Part shown: piece after piece, positions 42,478-54,119 of the stretch | How positions within the stretch are numbered: position 1 is the first letter of the stretch | How the letters are laid out: every line of letters begins with the position of its first letter | Position numbers and translations under genes: made by a program | Source of the DNA: Eledone cirrhosa | Taxonomy: Eukaryota | Direction of reading: 5' to 3' | Assembly: GCA_964016885.1 (NCBI GenBank) | Contig: OZ024753.1 | Coordinates: 42,098,001-42,162,000 of the forward strand | DNA: 64,000 bases | The notes under the pieces: generated by a model | The model's database searches: none | Told to the model about the DNA's origin: nothing | What the model saw: the letters and a program-made list of their open reading frames with translations, nothing else

Positions 42478-42929
42478 GTTTCACTTTAAAATAATGGCGT
42501 TTGTTTCCTGTTGATAACCACAGAGGAAGGGGGAGGTGGAAGACAATGACAATCTCAACAACAAGGAACTGTATGAGAACCAAGACTAAGCCACTGTGGT
42601 GATAGTAGTGGTGGTGGTGGTAGTGGTAGTGGTAGTGGTGGTGGTGGTAGTGGTGGTGGTGGTGGTCATAGCGGTGGTGGAGGTGATAGCAGTGGTGGTG
42701 TAATGAAGACACAACAGTAAGAAATGAGCTGATAGACTGATAGAGAAGGGGGAGAGGGAGGATAGAGAGGGAAAGAGTGACAGACAGAGACAAAGATGAA
42801 CAGACAGAGACAGAGACAAAGATGAACAGACAGAGAGAGAGACGGGCAGACAGACAGAGAGAGAGACGGGCAGACAGAGAGAGAGACGGGCAGACAAACA
42901 GAGAGAGAGAGAGAGACGGGCAGACAGAC

Positions 42930-43020
<91 letters not shown>

Positions 43021-43327
43021 AACAAGTTGTATATTGTGTGATAGACAGAGATAGAAGAATATAAATGAGGCAGAGATTGTAATTAATGAATACATAGAAG
43101 ATAAGGAAAGAATGGACAATTGAGATATAAGGAGGGGTGGGAGGGGCAGTGGGAGGAATGGGAGAGAGAGGAAGGGAGTGTGGACAAGCTGAAAGCTGTA
43201 TGAATGGATATGAAGAATATGTGTGTGTGAGGGAGAAAGAGAGGGACGAGGTAGTGGTGCACAGTGAACAAGCTACAACAAGTGGTCAACAAACTGTAGT
43301 CCTTGAACCAAATGTGGTCTACAGTTT

Positions 43328-43695
43328 CATTACATCTGGCCAACAGATGCCCTAGTGCATGTGACATTACATCTGGCCAACATATGCCCTAGTATATGTG
43401 ACATTACATCTGGCCAACAGATGCCCTAGTGTATGTGACATTACATCTGGCCAACATGTGTTCTAGTGTATGTGACATTACATCTGGTCAACAGATGCCC
43501 TAGTGTATGTGACATTACATCTGACCAACAGATGTGACATCACATCTGTACAACACTGACCAACAGATGTGACATTACATCTGATCAACACTGACCAGCA
43601 GATGTGACACTACATCTGACCAACAGATGTGATACTACATCTGGCCAACAGACGTGACACTACATTTGGCCAATAGATGTGACACTACATCTGAT
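43328..43695. repeat. ~37-bp minisatellite decaying into ~24-bp units
   Basis: GTGACATTACATCTGGCCAACAGATGCCCTAGTGTAT. Confidence 0.85.
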
Positions 43696-44126
43696 TAACA
43701 CAATTCCTTATTTTCATGACATTACAGATAAAGTTTATTTGTATTTCCCTATCAATCTTTGATAAGGAAATGCAAATAAACTTTATTTCACTCGCTCTAT
43801 CCAAAGAAGGGGGTACTCTGCCAATGTATGAAACAACAAGGTCCTTAAGATCCTTCTTCAAGATTTAATGACTTGTCATATGTCATACTAAACTTTGGTT
43901 AGTGGCTAACTGGTCTTCTACTACTTCACTACTAACTTGTTTTATATATTTTCCTGAGTCAGTTTTCTCGTTGCTTTGGTCCCTGCGGCTGGCTTACCGG
44001 TCGCTGTCTAAATGTAATGTTATAACTCTAAGGTAAAATACCTTATTGAGTGCTTAGCTGCACATTCTGATTGCATTCGTTAGTTTAGCTGCAGCCAGAG
44101 CTTCGATTATGCTGTACTTCCATTTG

Positions 44127-44157
<31 letters not shown>

Positions 44158-44245
44158 ATGTAGGAGGTGAGTTTTATTGTAGTACAATAAAGCAATGAAG
44201 ATATCGGATAAGAAGCACTCTACAGTTTGTAGGACTGGAGTATAC

Positions 44246-44574
44246 ATAATATATAAGATCAAAAGATGGTTAAAAGAGTTCCATATATTTTATTATGCGC
44301 ATTTCAAAAACAAATATCATCATGCAATAACATTTGTGTTTTCATCAGATAAAATAGGAAGACATGATATGAAGGTTAAAAAACACTTGTGGATAGTACA
44401 GTTTATGTTGATTTAAAACTGCACTATCCACAAGTGTTTTTTAACCTTCATATCATGTTTTCCTATTTTATCTGATGAAAACACAAATGTTATTGCATGA
44501 TGATATTTGTTTTTGAAATGCGTATAATAAAATATATGGAACTCTTTTAACCATCTTTTGATCTTATATATTAT
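44246..44574. repeat. ~159-bp-arm inverted repeat with 11-nt loop, in a TA-flanked element
   Basis: 44246-44404 versus 44416-44574 with three mismatches seen; contains CTGATGA (44472) ... GAAA (44515). Confidence 0.92.
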
Positions 44575-44590
44575 ATATATATATATATAT

Positions 44591-45163
44591 CATCATCATC
44601 ATCATCATTTAACGTCCATGTTCCACGCTTGCATGGGTTTGGACGGGGGTTTTCCCACTTGAGGCAAGAGTGGTTGTCAGGCTCGCATAGGACTGTCTGG
44701 CGGGTTTTCTACAGCTGGATGCCCTTCCTAACACCAACCACATTTACAGTGTGGGGCTGGGAGGTTTTTACTGTGTTGCCTACACGGCCACATTACAGCG
44801 TGGACTGTCTGGCATGTTTTCTACAGCTGGATGCCCTTCCTAACACCAACCACATTTACAGTGTGGGGCTGGGAGGTTTTTACCGTGTTGCCTACATGGC
44901 CACATTACAGCGTGGACTGTCTGGCATGTTTTCTACAGCTGGATGCCCTTCCTAACACCAACCACATTTACAGTGTGGGACTGGGAGGTTTTTACCGTGT
45001 TGCCTACACGGCCACATTACAGCGTGGACTGTGTGTTTTTTGTCGTGACACCTACACGATCTCATTTGTTTCGGCCTGGATGTTGTGGCACCAACATAAC
45101 TTTGCATTGAAAGGGGCGGTGTGGATGGGGTGGGGGTGGTGGGACGGGGGTGTATTTTGTTAG
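44591..45163 (-). mobile_element. RTE 3' UTR fragment with an internal ~119-bp segment present three times
   Basis: (CAT)n-TTTAACGTCC...GCATGGGTTTGGACG start; the TTTCTACAGCTGGATGCCCTTCCTAACACCAACC block occurs three times; homologous to 49717-50070. Confidence 0.8.
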
Positions 45164-45181
45164 TTATATATATGGAAAAAA

Positions 45182-45406
45182 GATGAAATTGAAAATGCAA
45201 CTGGAGTCTTTTTAAGAATATTTATTTGTTTCCTTTACCGGTTTCACAGTTCTTATGCTTTTCAAAAGTAGACTTGAGATGGATGTGAGAAAAACTACAA
45301 ACCCCCCATATCAATTCTACTTTTGAAAAGCATAAGAACTGTGAAACCGATAAAGGAAACAAATAAATATTTTAAAAAAGACTCTAGTTGCATTTTCGAT
45401 TTCATC
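45182..45406. repeat. ~100-bp-arm inverted repeat
   Basis: 45182-45282 versus 45306-45406, about seven differences. Confidence 0.88.
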
Positions 45407-45475
45407 ATGAAGGACATCTCGGTTTTTTTTTTCATTTAAAAAAAAACCTCATTTTCTTATATATATATATATATA

Positions 45476-45560
45476 CAGTTGTCCTCCAATATTTGCGGGG
45501 GTTATGTTCCTAGAGCACCTGTGAAGAGTGAAAAACCATGACTATTGGACGTGGTCCATA
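45476..45560 (+). mobile_element. pogo/Tigger-like terminal fragment
   Basis: TA|CAGTTGTCCTCCAATATTTGCGGGGGTTATGTTCC... resembles Tigger-type TIRs; I did not find the other end. Confidence 0.5.
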
Positions 45561-45719
45561 AAAATGCCTATAAACGTCAAAATAAAAAAAGAGGGAGCGG
45601 AGCGTCTTATGTGAAGGGGCATTCAATAGGCCAGCAAATACAGTATATTGTTGTTTATAATTTAGTGTTAAAATATATATATATATATTGCCAGGAATAA
45701 AGCCATTAAAAAATCAACA

Positions 45720-46310
45720 ACACCTCCACCTCTTCCACTATCACCAACACTTCCACCACCACCTCCTCCACTATCACCAACACCACCACCTCCTCCACTA
45801 TCACCAACACTTCCACCACCACCTCCTCCACTATCACCAACACCACCACCTCCTCCACTATCACCAACACTTCCACCACCACCTCCACCAATAATTCCAC
45901 CACCACCTCCTCCACTATCACCAACACCAACACTTCCACCACCAACTCCACCTCCTCCACTATCACCAACACCAACACCTCCACCACCACCTCCACCTCC
46001 TCCACTATCACCAACACCAACACCTCCACCACCACCACCTCCTCCACTATCACCAACACCACCACCTCCTCCACTATCACCAACACCACCACCTCCTCCA
46101 CTATCACCAACACTTCCACCACCACCTCCACCAATAATTCCACCACCACCTCCTCCACTATCACCAACACCAACACCTCCACCACCACCACCACCACCAC
46201 TATCACCAACACCAACACCTCCACCACCTCCACCACCACCAATAATTCCACCACCACCTCCTCCACTATCACCAACACCAACACCTCCACCACCTCCTCC
46301 ACTATCACCA
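45720..46310. repeat. ACC-rich low-complexity repeat
   Basis: Recurring CCACCTCCTCCACTATCACCAACA; similar trinucleotide tracts at 19485-19780, 28115-28485 and 33320-33460. Confidence 0.85.
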
Positions 46311-46630
46311 ATGTTATGCTATTAAGAAATATCTCTTTTAATTATTGTTTATATCACAGGTGAAAAACATTGATTTTATTCCCATAACCACTTCATTAGC
46401 ATATGTTCCATGTGAATGTCTTGGAAATAATTTGGAAAATAATCAAGAATTTGTAGAGATTTAGTAAAATTGTTTCATTTAGTGTTTAGAACGTATGTTG
46501 ATGTTTAGAGCATGTGTTGGTGTTTAGTATATAGTATAGTCATCATCATCATCATCATCATCTTACGTCCGCTTTTCCCTGCTTAATATCTGTATAGTAT
46601 ATGTGTAGTATATGTATAGTACAGTATATA

Positions 46631-46675
<45 letters not shown>

Positions 46676-46678
<3 letters not shown>

Positions 46679-46866
46679 CAAAGGTATTGTGGTAAGGAAT
46701 GAGATGGACAACAACGCACCAGAGTGCTCAATACTTAGGGTAGTAGAGTGGGAAATAGGAAAAAGTATGACCCCGACGGCAGAGCTCAAGCCGCTTCGAC
46801 GGTTATTTTTGGAAATAGCCATCGAAACGGCTTGAGCTCTGCCGTCGGGGTCATACTTTTCCCTAT
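46676..46866 (-). mobile_element. Second copy of the fold-back element (hairpin 46755-46866)
   Basis: Reverse-complement homolog of 21781-21973; TA repeats on both sides. Confidence 0.8.
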
Positions 46867-46945
46867 ATAGTATATATATATATATATAGGATATATATAT
46901 ATATAGTATATATATATATATATAGTATATATATATATATATATA

Positions 46946-47059
46946 GTAATAAAATAAGTCCCTCATCAGTGATTTGCCGAAGATCATAGATATTTCATTG
47001 CATTAAAGATCATATCTATGATCTTCGGCAAATCACTGATGAGGGACTTATTTTATTAC
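46946..47059. repeat. Perfect 48-bp inverted repeat in a TA-flanked element
   Basis: 46946-46993 versus 47012-47059; contains CTGATGA. Confidence 0.9.
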
Positions 47060-47150
47060 ATGTTACCATGTGCTACCTGCAGTATTTTTCTCTATATTTT
47101 AATATATATATATAGTATATATATATAGTATATATATATATATATATATA

Positions 47151-47195
<45 letters not shown>

Positions 47196-47210
47196 ATATA
47201 TATATATATA

Positions 47211-48075
47211 TATGATTTTACATTCATTTAAATTATTGACGTATTGTTTTATTGATATTTTTTATCTGTTTGGCCCGAATCTTCCTTTATCGATTTTAAA
47301 TCGTATGGTTGATTGTAGACTTGTTCTATATGTGACGGTATTTTAACGATAGTTATAGCTCTGATTCATCTGAATTATTGAGCCCTCTGCCGCTCATATC
47401 GAATTTCGTTTTTCGTTAACTCGTGCGCCGATTTTTCGATACTCGATCTTTCTAATATATTTAGCTCTGGACATAGCTATCCACCAGTTAATTTTATTGC
47501 TCATATTTTGTCGATTCTATTGAGTGATGAATAGCTTTTGTTTTATTTTAACATGTCTATTGAGCACTCTAATTCGATATGTGTATTTCCACATTCACTC
47601 GAATTATTTTCGCGGATATAGGGGTCATCTCCCTTGTCTAATGCCATGTGCGTTTTTCACCGCTAGTTGACTCCTTTGCCGCCAGGATAAAACTCGTTGA
47701 CAACGTAAACTCCGTTCCACTTATTCTAGTAGGCTTTTATATTTATATGTGAGCTGATAGAGTACTGTCTAAGGATTTACAGAAACCCATGAAGCTAGAT
47801 TTAACACCTTTCTAGTGGGTCCGGGTATGATTTTACATTCATTTAAATTATTGACGTATTGTTTTATTGATATTTTTTATCTGTTTGGCCCGAATCTTCC
47901 TTTATCGATTTTAAATCGTATGGTTGATTGTAGACTTGTTCTATATGTGACGGTATTTTAACGATAGTTATAGCTCTGATTCATCTGAATTATTGAGCCC
48001 TCTGCCGCTCATATCGAATTTCGTTTTTCGTTAACTCGTGCGCCGATTTTTCGATACTCGATCTTTCTAATATAT
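47211..48075. mobile_element. (TA)n-flanked element with 250-bp direct repeats (period 615 bp)
   Basis: 47211-47460 is repeated apparently identically at 47826-48075 around a 365-bp unique interior. Confidence 0.75.
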
Positions 48076-48132
48076 ATATATATATATATAGAATATATAT
48101 ATATATATATAGAATATATATATATATATATA

Positions 48133-48167
<35 letters not shown>

Positions 48168-48547
48168 GAATATATATATATATATATATATATAGAATAT
48201 ATATATATATATATAGAATATATATATATATATATAGAATATATATATATATATATAGAATATATATATATATTTATATAGAATATATATATATATATAT
48301 ATAGAATATATATAGAATATATATAGAATATATATAGAATATATATAGAATATATATATATATAGAATATATATATATATAGAATATATATATATATATA
48401 GAATATATATATATATAGAATATATATATATATATAGAATATATATATATATATATATAGAATATATATATATATATATAGAATATATATATATATATAT
48501 ATATAGAATATATATATATATATATAGAATATATATATATATATATA

Positions 48548-48590
<43 letters not shown>

Positions 48591-49481
48591 ATATATATAT
48601 ATATATAGAATATATATATATATATAGAATATATATATATATATATATAGAATATATATATATATATATAGAATATATATATATATATATATAGAATATA
48701 TATATATATAGAATATATATATATATAGAATATATATATAGAATATATATATATATATAGAATATATATATAGAATATATATATAGAATATATATATAGA
48801 ATATATATATAGAATATATATATAGAATATACATATAGAATATATATATAGAATATATATATATATATAGTATATATATATAGTATATATATATATATAT
48901 AGAATATATATATAGAATATATATATATATATATATATAGTACCATGAACCAAAGTATCGTCTTCCTGTCTTCCTCCGGTTGCAACGTTTTTTGAAATAT
49001 TCACTTCTGCGTTTACAGATTGACTTTGTTAGTTTCAGAAGATCCCGTTAAGGGTGAAAGCAGCGATTCTTTGCTTAAACTTTAATCTGTTATTTTAATA
49101 AATAATATATATATAATATATATATATATATAATATATATATATATAATATATATATATATAATATATATATATATAATATATATATAATATATATATAT
49201 ATATAATATATATATAATATATATAATATATATATAATATATATATAATATATATATATAATATATATAATATATATATATATATAATATATATATATAT
49301 ATTATATATCTTATATATATATATTATATATATTATATATATATTATATATATTATATATATATATTATATATATATATATATATAATATATATATATAT
49401 AATATATATATATAATATATATAATATATATATATAAGATATATAATATATATATATATAATATATATATATATATAATAT

Positions 49482-49524
<43 letters not shown>

Positions 49525-49561
49525 TATATATAATATATATAATATATAATATATATAATAT

Positions 49562-49604
<43 letters not shown>

Positions 49605-49616
49605 TATATATTATAT

Positions 49617-49694
<78 letters not shown>

Positions 49695-49716
49695 TATAAT
49701 ATATATATATATATAT
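48076..49716. repeat. Long interrupted (TA)n arrays around a short unique insert (48940-49105)
   Basis: (TA)nGAA and (TA)nA units. Confidence 0.9.
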
Positions 49717-50141
49717 CATCATCATCATCATCATCAACGTTTAACGTCCGTGTTCCACGCTTGCATGGGTTTGGACGGGGGTAGTCCCACTTGAGGCAAG
49801 AGTGATTGTCTTGCTCGCATAGGACTGTCTGGCAGGTTTTCTACAGTTGGATGCCCTTCCTAACACCAACCACATTTACAGTGTGGGTCTGGGAGGTTTT
49901 TACCGTGTTGCCTACACGGCCACATTACAGCGTGGACTGTGTGTTTTTTTGTCGTGACACCTACACGATCTCATTTGTTTCGGCCTGGATGGCGCGGCAC
50001 CAACATAACTTTACATAGAACGGGGTGGTGTGGATGGGGTGGGGGTGGCGGCGGGAGGGGTGTATTTTGTTAGAGATGCCTACTGGCAAGGCGGGTCTTC
50101 TCTGTTACTGAGTACCGCCAAAGGTCACGGTCCAGTGACAT
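49717..50141 (-). mobile_element. RTE 3' end (ORF C-terminus, 3' UTR and GAT tail) inserted in (TA)n
   Basis: Minus strand gives DRDLWRYSVTEKTRLASRHL*, then the same UTR as 44591-45163; (CAT)n on plus at 49717; TA repeats on both sides. Confidence 0.85.
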
Positions 50142-50157
50142 ATATAATATATATAAT

Positions 50158-50200
<43 letters not shown>

Positions 50201-50204
50201 TAAT

Positions 50205-50238
<34 letters not shown>

Positions 50239-50259
50239 ATATATATAATATATATATAT

Positions 50260-50303
<44 letters not shown>

Positions 50304-50804
50304 TAATATATATATATAATATATATATATAATATATATATATATAATATATATAATATATATATATATAATATATATAATATATATATATATATTGCAT
50401 GGGTTAGACACGTTGTCACATTATGAGATAAGTCAGATCTGGAGACCACAATTTGCTCATACAGATCTGTCATCTGTCATCTGTCATCTGTGTATCTACC
50501 AAGGGCCACAATACACTACAAACAACATTTTATAATGAAGCCTACCTTTAAAAATGTTAGTTACTTGAGGTGCGGGTGAACTAATTAGACAGGTGAGAGG
50601 ATAAACCGAGTATAGGAGGGGGTGGGAAGATTGAAAGAGGAGCCGAGGGTAGAAGAATGTAGTAAGATATCGTGATTTAAGAGGGATTGGGGGCCATACT
50701 CAGTCAGGTGTGGAATAAATAAAAGTTTTGGTGGGAGGGGAGAGGGGAAATGTAGGTGAAAGTAACTAGAGTAGAATGACAAAAAATAATAAAATAAATA
50801 ATGG

Positions 50805-51225
50805 GACACAGGTAAAATGACTGAAGTAATGAGTTTCAGGTAAGATGGTTGGAGTTAACGAGCTCATAGGTAAAATAGTTGGAGTAACGAGTGCACAGGT
50901 AAGATGGTTAGAGTTAACGAGCTCACAGGTAAGATGGTTGGAGTAATGAGTTCCAGGTAAAATGGTTGGAGTAATGAGCTCACAGGTAAAATGACTGAAA
51001 TAATGAGTTTCAGGTAAGATGACTGAAGTAATAAGCTCACAGATAAGATAGTTGGAGTAACGAGCTCACAGGTAAAATGACTGAAGTAACGAGCTCACAG
51101 GTAAGATAGTTGGAATAACCATCTGCACACTCATAGGATCACTAGATAAGAGTTTACAGGTAAAATGGGTGGTGTAACAAACTCACAGATAATATGGTTG
51201 CAGTAACTAGCTCACAGGTAAAACC
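50805..51225. repeat. ~29-bp diverged minisatellite
   Basis: Unit approximately CAGGTAAGATGGTTGGAGTAACGAGCTCA. Confidence 0.8.
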
Positions 51226-51244
51226 AACAAATATTTAGTATTAA

Positions 51245-51737
51245 CCCTTTCCTTACCATATTTCTAATGAAAGACACTGCCAATGATTTTCAATTAATTT
51301 TGAAAATAATCCAGAATTTGGAAGGATTTAGTAATACAACTTTCTGATTAGTAAGTTGGTGTTTGGAATATAATTTAATAATGAGAAAGTTTGTTATATT
51401 ACTAAATCACTCCAAATTATTTTCATATTTTCAAAATTATTTCCAAATTCAAGCTTACCCTTTAGTATTCACATTACTCTATATTTACTAATATATTTTC
51501 ATGGTAAAAACTTTATCTCACATAATATCAAATCTACCACATTTTGATATTATTTATTTTGAGAACTATACCTTAACATAAGTATGAGCAGCCGGTTATG
51601 GTCAGTTAATTCTGGCTGGATACGGCCGGTTTAAATGCTAAAGGGTTAATATAGTTATATTACTAAATCCCTCCAAATTCTAGATTATTTGAAAATCCTA
51701 GGTAGTTCCTTTCATTCAGAATATGGTAATGAAAGGA
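51245..51737. mobile_element. Second TTAA-type MITE family with a nested copy of the first family (51458-51645)
   Basis: TTAA|CCCTTTCCTTACCATATTTCT ... AGAAATATGGTAATGAAAGGA|TTA; nested CCCTTTAGTATT...ATGCTAAAGGG|TTAA; partial ends at about 13515-13541 and 36971-37040. Confidence 0.7.
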
Positions 51738-52044
51738 TTAGCAAGTGTAGGAAGTTAGTTTAGCAAACGATATCTGTGATATAGATTCATTGAGTGCGAT
51801 GTAGAAATATGTTATCTAGAATTAATGCAACAATTCAAATAATGTACAGCTAAATATGAAGGTTAATAAAGTATTGCTAGTTTTGGGCGTAGTTCTTGGA
51901 TATAAACAAACATATATATATATACATGAAATGACAGATTCTGAAAATGTCAATATGTAGACTTGCATGAAAATCTACTTTTTTGGAATTAAACACAGAT
52001 ATTATGTGTGTGTGTGGATCTGTGTGTGCATGTGTGTGTAGTAT

Positions 52045-52722
52045 ACACTGTAAAATGGTGGTGCTAGTGTCAAGATGAAAAAGCACCCTGTACACTTTGT
52101 AAAATTGTAGTGCTGGTGCCACAATAAAATACACTCAGTACACACTGGAAAATGGTAGTGCTGGTGCCACAATAAAATACACTCAGTACACTCTGTAAAA
52201 TGGTAGTGCTGGTGCCACAATAAAATACACTCAGTACACACTGGAAAATGGTAGTGCTGGTGCCACAATAAAATACACTCAGTACACACTGGAAAATGGT
52301 AGTGCTGGTGCCACAATAAAATACACTCAGTACACACTGTAAAATGGTAGTGCTGGTGCCACAATAAAATACACTCAGTACACACTGGAAAATGGTAGTG
52401 CTGGTGCCACAATAAAATACACTCAGTACACTCTGTAAAATGGTAGTGCTGGTGCCACAATAAAATACACTCAGTACACACTGTAAAATGGTAGTGCTGG
52501 TGCCACAATAAAATACACTCAGTACACACTGGAAAATGGTAGTGCTGGTGCCACAATAAAATACACTCAGTACACACTGGAAAATGGTAGTGCTGGTGCC
52601 ACAATAAAATACACTCAGTACACTCTGTAAAATGGTAGTGCTGGTGCCACAATAAAATACACTCAGTACACACTGTAAAATGGTAGTGCTGGTGCCACAA
52701 TAAAAAGCACCCTGTACACTGT
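52045..52722. repeat. 48-bp minisatellite (~14 units)
   Basis: Unit AAAATGGTAGTGCTGGTGCCACAATAAAATACACTCAGTACAC(A/T)CTG(G/T). Confidence 0.92.
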
Positions 52723-53225
52723 AACAGTTCATAACACCACTGACCCAAGAATCACTGGACAGATTTTACAGGCAAAACCAACTGGTAGGAGACCCAATGA
52801 GTAGCCCCCGAGCAAGATGATTGGATAACATCGATGAGTTTGGCTGGTCTCGTTTGGGGATCCAGCCGGATCAGTTGAAGATGGTTGGTTGCTTGTGACA
52901 GGACCTGCCCTTCTTAAGGCCAACCACATTACAGTGAGGACGGTGCATTTTAACATGGCACCAAAACAACCACTCTGACAAGGAGGACTGGGTGGTTCTT
53001 TTGTTCTGTCACCAGCAGGTTTGGAGGGAAGGGACAAGTAAGCAAATTCGACATGGACAGAGTGCAAGGTGCGTGGGATATTTAGCTGGTAAGGGCGGAG
53101 TATTGCAACTGGAGAATGTGAATCGGGATGGGCAAAGAGAATGTTGAGGCAGATTAGTGTGACCTCATAACGTGACAACCATTCTAAGCCATGCATGTGT
53201 GGACAAATAGACATTAAATGATAAT

Positions 53226-53380
53226 TGTTTCTATTTTAGGCACAAGGCCAGCATTTAACCAGTGCATTACTGGTACTTTATTTTGTCGACCCCGTAAGGA
53301 TGAAAGGCGAAGTTAACCTCGGCGGGATTTGAACTCAGATCATAAAGGGACGTAACTCTATGCTTCAAAGCATGGTGTCC
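53226..53380 (-). mobile_element. Same SINE family, 5'-truncated, with TSD
   Basis: Core motif; flanked by the direct repeat GACATTAAATGATAAT. Confidence 0.82.
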
Positions 53381-53395
53381 GACATTAAATGATAA

Positions 53396-53439
<44 letters not shown>

Positions 53440-53560
53440 CTTTGATAGGTTTCAGCCAGTATTGGCCCAGGCCATGTATAACTTAAAAACAATATATATA
53501 AATAAATATATATTTTTTAAATTTATTTATACATATATATATAGAGAGAGAAATTTATAT

Positions 53561-53609
<49 letters not shown>

Positions 53610-53792
53610 TATATATATATATACACACACACACATATATATATATATATACACACACACACATATATATATATACACACACACACATATATATATATAC
53701 ACACACACACACATATATATATATACACACACACACATATATATATATACACACACACACATATATATATACACACACACACATATATATAT

Positions 53793-53979
<187 letters not shown>

Positions 53980-54119
53980 TATATATATATACACACACAC
54001 ACATATATATATATACACACACACACACATATATACACACACACACATATATATATACACACACACATATATACACACACACACATATACACACACACAC
54101 ATATATATATATATACACA

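Noticed and set aside
49035-49065. CAGAAGA-TCCCGTTAAGGGT-GAAAGC hammerhead-like motif (homolog at about 21690-21715)
   Set aside because: The core deviates (CAGA/GAGA instead of CUGA) and I could not build stems I and III; kept only as a shared TA-flanked repeat.
47990-50473. Ile/Tyr-rich ORFs here and throughout the window
   Set aside because: Translations of (TA)n microsatellites.
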